From: Eimeria praecox
Lineage: Eukaryota
Reading direction: 5' to 3'
DNA length: 64,000 nt
NCBI GenBank assembly: GCA_963920595.1
Contig: OY986950.1
Coordinates: 1,302,001-1,366,000 of the forward strand
In this document: positions 53,360-64,000 of the stretch, piece by piece
Layout of the letters: the number at the start of each line of letters is the position of its first letter
Position numbering within the stretch: position 1 is the stretch's first letter
Program-made: the position numbers and the translations under genes
The notes under the pieces: model-generated
What the model was told of the DNA's origin: nothing
What the model saw: the letters and a program-made list of their open reading frames with translations, nothing else
Databases searched by the model: none

Positions 53360-54048
53360 GTTTAAGTTGTGTTTGTGTTTGTCTTTATTTGTTTTTATTT
53401 GTTTTTGTGTTTATTTGTGTTTATTTGTTTTCGTCTTTGTTTTCGTTTTTGTTTGTTGTTTGTCTCTGTCTTGTGTTTGTTTGTGTTTATCTTTGTTTGT
53501 CTGTATTTATTTTATTTGTATTTAATTGTTTTTATTTATATTTATATTTATCTTTGTTTGTCTGTATTTATTTTATTTGTATTTACTTGTTTTTATTTAT
53601 ATTTATATTTATCTCTGTTTGTCGTTATCTTTATTTATTTTTATTTATCTTTGTTTGTCTTTGTCTTTGTTTGTTTATTTATATTTATTTATATTTGTGT
53701 TTGTTTGTTTATTTATCTTTATTTATATTTATATTTATTTATATTTATATTTATTTATATTTATATTTATTTATATTTATATTTATTTATATTTATATTT
53801 ATTTATATTTGTATTTATTTATATTTATATTTATTTATATTTATATTTATTTATATTTATCTTTATTTATATTTATATTTATTTATATTTATATTTATTT
53901 ATATTTATTTATATTTATTTGTTTGTTTATATTTATTATTTAATTATTTTATTCTTTACTTGTGTTTGTTTGTTTGTTTTGTTTGTCTCTCCCATCACCA
54001 AATCTTCTCTTTCTTTTTTCTGTGTCTCCGTCTGTCTCCTTGTATCTG

Positions 54049-54079
<31 letters not shown>

Positions 54080-54086
54080 GCCTCTG

Positions 54087-54122
<36 letters not shown>

Positions 54123-54159
54123 TCTCTGTCTCTGTCTCTGTCTCTGTCTCTCTCTGTCT

Positions 54160-54240
<81 letters not shown>

Positions 54241-54775
54241 TGTTTGTCTGTCTGTCTCTTTAAATATATTTCTGTCTCTCTGCCTCTGTCTCTCTCTCTC
54301 CCTCTCTCTCTCTGTCTCTCTCTCTGTCTCTCTCTCTCTGTCTCTTTTAATTTGTCTCTATCTTTTTATTTCTGTCTCCTTTTGTTTATCTCTGTCTCTC
54401 CTCTTTTTTCTGTCTCTATCTCCTCTTGTATCGAGCAGCAGCAGCAGCAACAACAGCAGCAGCAGCAACAGCAGCAGCAGCAACAGCAGCAACAACAACA
54501 ACAGCAGCAGCAGCAGCAGCCTCATCAATATATATACTATTTGTGTATGTTTTGTTTTACAGGACACATTCGCTCTGTCTCCTTTCTGTCTCTTTCTCTT
54601 TCTCTCTCTCTGCCTCCTTCTCTCTTTCTGTCTCTGTCTCTCTCTCTCTCTCTGTCTCTTTCTTTCTTTCTGTCTCTCTCTCCCTCTCTCTCTGTCTCTC
54701 TCTCTCTCTCTGTCTCTGTCTCTCTCTGTCTCTGTCTCTGTCTCTTTCTGTCTCTTTCTGTCTCCTTCTGTCTCT
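53360..54775. repeat. TTTATA / TTTG / (CT)n low-complexity region
   Basis: Directly visible; long ORFs here are artefacts. Confidence 0.9.
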
Positions 54776-54778
54776 TCA

Positions 54779-61278
<6,500 letters not shown>

Positions 61279-61300
61279 TGTCTCTCCCTTTAATAGACCT

Positions 61301-61364
<64 letters not shown>

Positions 61365-61735
61365 GAACAGCAGCAGCAACACAAAGTTGTGCTGTATGCA
61401 CTCAGCATCAATTAGATTATTTGCTGCTGCTGCAGCGTTTGTTATATTTTGACTCCCTAACCTCAAACCCTAAACCCTAAACCCTAAACCCTTAACATCC
61501 CCAGACCTGCAACTGTCTGACTCTCTCATCTGCTGCTGTTGCTGCTGCTGTTGCTGTTGCTGCTGCTGCTGTTGCTGCTGCTGCTGTTGCTGCTGCTGCT
61601 GCATGCATGACAGAAAAGCCCTGATGCCAGAGCATCATAGATAGTCTAGGGTTTAGGGTTTAGGGTTTAGGGTTTAGGGTTTACGGAATAGGACAAGGCA
61701 TCGTGTAGGGAGTAGCAGCAGCAAACCATCAGAAG

Positions 61736-61781
<46 letters not shown>

Positions 61782-61789
61782 AGCAGCAA

Positions 61790-61822
<33 letters not shown>

Positions 61823-62428
61823 GATGCGCTCCAGACACACCAGCGCGGCTCTGCCCCGAGCACACCCTAAACCCTAAACCCTAATAACTCGCTGTCTGCG
61901 CCTCCTACTAAACCCTAAACCCTAAACCCTAAACCCTAATAACTGGCTGCCTACGCCTCCTACTAAACCCTAAACCCTAAACCCTAAACCCTAGTAGCTT
62001 AACGACACCCATGCTATCATCGTTGTAGCTACTGAAACCATTCACCAACAAGAGCATCATAGACAGTCTAGGGTTTAGGGTTTAGGGTTTAGGGTTTAGG
62101 GTTTAGGGTTTAGGGTTTAGGGTTTAGGAGCCCTGAAGGAAGCACGCAATAGGCTAGTGCTTCATATTTATACTTTAATTATATTGAGAGATAATCTCAT
62201 CGTTTAGGGTTTAGGGTTTAGGGTTTAGGGTTTAGGGTTTAGGGTTTAGGGTTTTGATAGAATCAAGCACACTACAAGACCCTGGGGCCCCGGGGCCCCC
62301 AAGGGTACAGCAGCTAGGGTTTTGTGTGCAGCTACTGAGTTTGACTCCTAAACCCTAAACCCTAAACCCTAAACCTCAAACCCTAAACCCTAAACCCTAA
62401 ACCCTAAACCCTAAACAGCAGGCGTAAG

Positions 62429-63185
62429 ATGGGGGAGGTGCTTCCGTATCAAGATCGGATCGATTATAATGTGTTGCACTATCCTCCTGTATCCCAGGTA
62501 AACCCTAAACCCTAAACCCTAAACCCTAAACCCTAAACCCTAAACCCTAGACGTTTCATGATAAAAGCCTTACACTTAAACTCTAGGAGCTAAACCCTAA
62601 ACCCTAAACCCTAAACCCTAAACCCTAACTACCTCTGGCGGCAGAGTTGCTGCTGCTGGCTCGTTCAGCGTTTATTAAGACCGCAGATCATCTAGGGTTT
62701 AGGGTTTAGGGCTTAGGGTTTAGGGTTTAGGGTTTAGGGTTTATGCTGCAGGTGATGGAGGCCTTCCCCCAGGAGGGACAGCCAGAGCGTCGTGTCTCCA
62801 TTTGTCGCTGCTGGCAATCAAGGAAGTTTCCTTACTGTGATGGGGCCCACAAGGTTAGGGTTTGGGGTTTAGGGTTTAGGGTTTAGGGTTTAGGGTTTAG
62901 GGTTTAGGGTTTAGGGTTTAGAGTTTAGGGTTTTGTTGGCTGCTCTGTGAGAGGCTGGTTGCCTGTGAAGATTCGATTTTGCTAGGGTTTAGGGTTTAGG
63001 GTTTAGGGTTTAGGGTTTAGGTTTTAGGGTTTAGGGTTTAGGGTTTAGGGTTTAGGGTTTAGGGTTTAGGGTTTGTGTGTCTCTCAGGCTCTAGTTCAGA
63101 ACGGAGACAACGTGGGGCCATACGTCGCTGTCCTACGCACCCGAGGACATATGCAGGAGGCGCAGGTGCTGCTGCTGCTGCTGCT

Positions 63186-63234
<49 letters not shown>

Positions 63235-63286
63235 TTGGTGATGCTGCTGTTGGTGATGCTGCTGTTGGTGATGTTGCTGCTGCTAG

Positions 63287-63327
<41 letters not shown>

Positions 63328-63350
63328 GGCTCTCATTGTTTCTTCTGCTC

Positions 63351-63383
<33 letters not shown>

Positions 63384-63500
63384 TTGCTGCTGCTGCTTCT
63401 ATTTGCGTTACTGCTGCTGCTACTGCTGCTGCTGCAAGTGCTGCTGCTGCTGCTGTTTCTGCTATTGGTGGCGTTCTGTCTTCTCTACGAGGCTTTCATC

Positions 63501-63563
<63 letters not shown>

Positions 63564-63628
63564 CTACAATAAGGTTTGCTGCTGTTTGTGTGTATGTTTT
63601 GTTTATGTGTTTCCTTAGAAAGCGAAGA

Positions 63629-63662
<34 letters not shown>

Positions 63663-63727
63663 TCAGCTGAAGGGGGCTGCCTTCCGTGCTGTCTCTCGTG
63701 CAGCCAAGGGATCGATAATCCTTGCTG
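62429..63727 (+). CDS. CDGSH iron-sulfur (NEET / mitoNEET-like) protein; 3' end probably beyond the window
   Basis: Exons 62429-62497, 62752-62853, 63088-63165, 63619-~63727 give MGEVLPYQDRIDYNVLHYPPVSQ|VMEAFPQEGQPERRVSICRCWQSRKFPYCDGAHK|ALVQNGDNVGPYVAVL. This contains the 3Cys-1His motif and the GDNVGP signature of NEET proteins. Confidence 0.9.
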
Positions 63728-63735
63728 GTAGAACA

Positions 63736-63797
<62 letters not shown>

Positions 63798-63946
63798 CTG
63801 CTGTTGCTGTTGCTGCTGCTGCTGCTGCTGTTGCTGCTGTTGCTGCTGCTCTACGAGTCGTTCTGTCTCCTCCTCTGTACAATCCCATATCACAAACTCT
63901 GATATATCTAAGCTGCTGCTGCTGCTGCTGTCGCTGCTTCTGCTTC

Positions 63947-64000
<54 letters not shown>

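Noticed and set aside
50691..54775. Long ORFs over GA-, TTTATA- and CT-rich repeats
   Set aside because: Compositional artefacts; only the part from ATG 54779 looks coding.

Overview
Eukaryotic DNA, almost certainly from an Eimeria-type coccidian (Apicomplexa). The evidence is dense CAG/CTG triplet repeats encoding poly-Q/A/S, interstitial telomere-like AAACCCT/TTTAGGG heptamers, TGCATGCA palindromes, and a repeat-poor segment (~5.2-20.8 kb) between repeat-rich segments. The repeat-poor segment holds an intact, very young Ty3/gypsy chromovirus-type LTR retrotransposon (7051-14015). It has 395-bp LTRs differing at one base, a TTCAA target-site duplication, gag with two CCHC knuckles, and pol in the -1 frame (PR-RT-RH-IN-chromodomain). 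It also shows an apparent tRNA-Pro primer-binding site and a slippery-site/hairpin frameshift signal. It is inserted into the integrase region of an older, decayed Ty3/gypsy element on the opposite strand. Host genes reconstructed by hand across introns: a PLU-1-like protein (minus, runs off the left end), a peptidase M50B-like protein, a Gln-rich single-TM protein, a PST-A/lysophospholipase-like alpha/beta hydrolase, a possible micro-exon gene, a WD40 protein, a NELF-C/D (TH1) homologue, a MATH-BTB (SPOP-like) protein and a CDGSH/NEET Fe-S protein. All homology calls come from motif recognition by eye; no searches were run. Most ORFs in the supplied track are artefacts of simple repeats.
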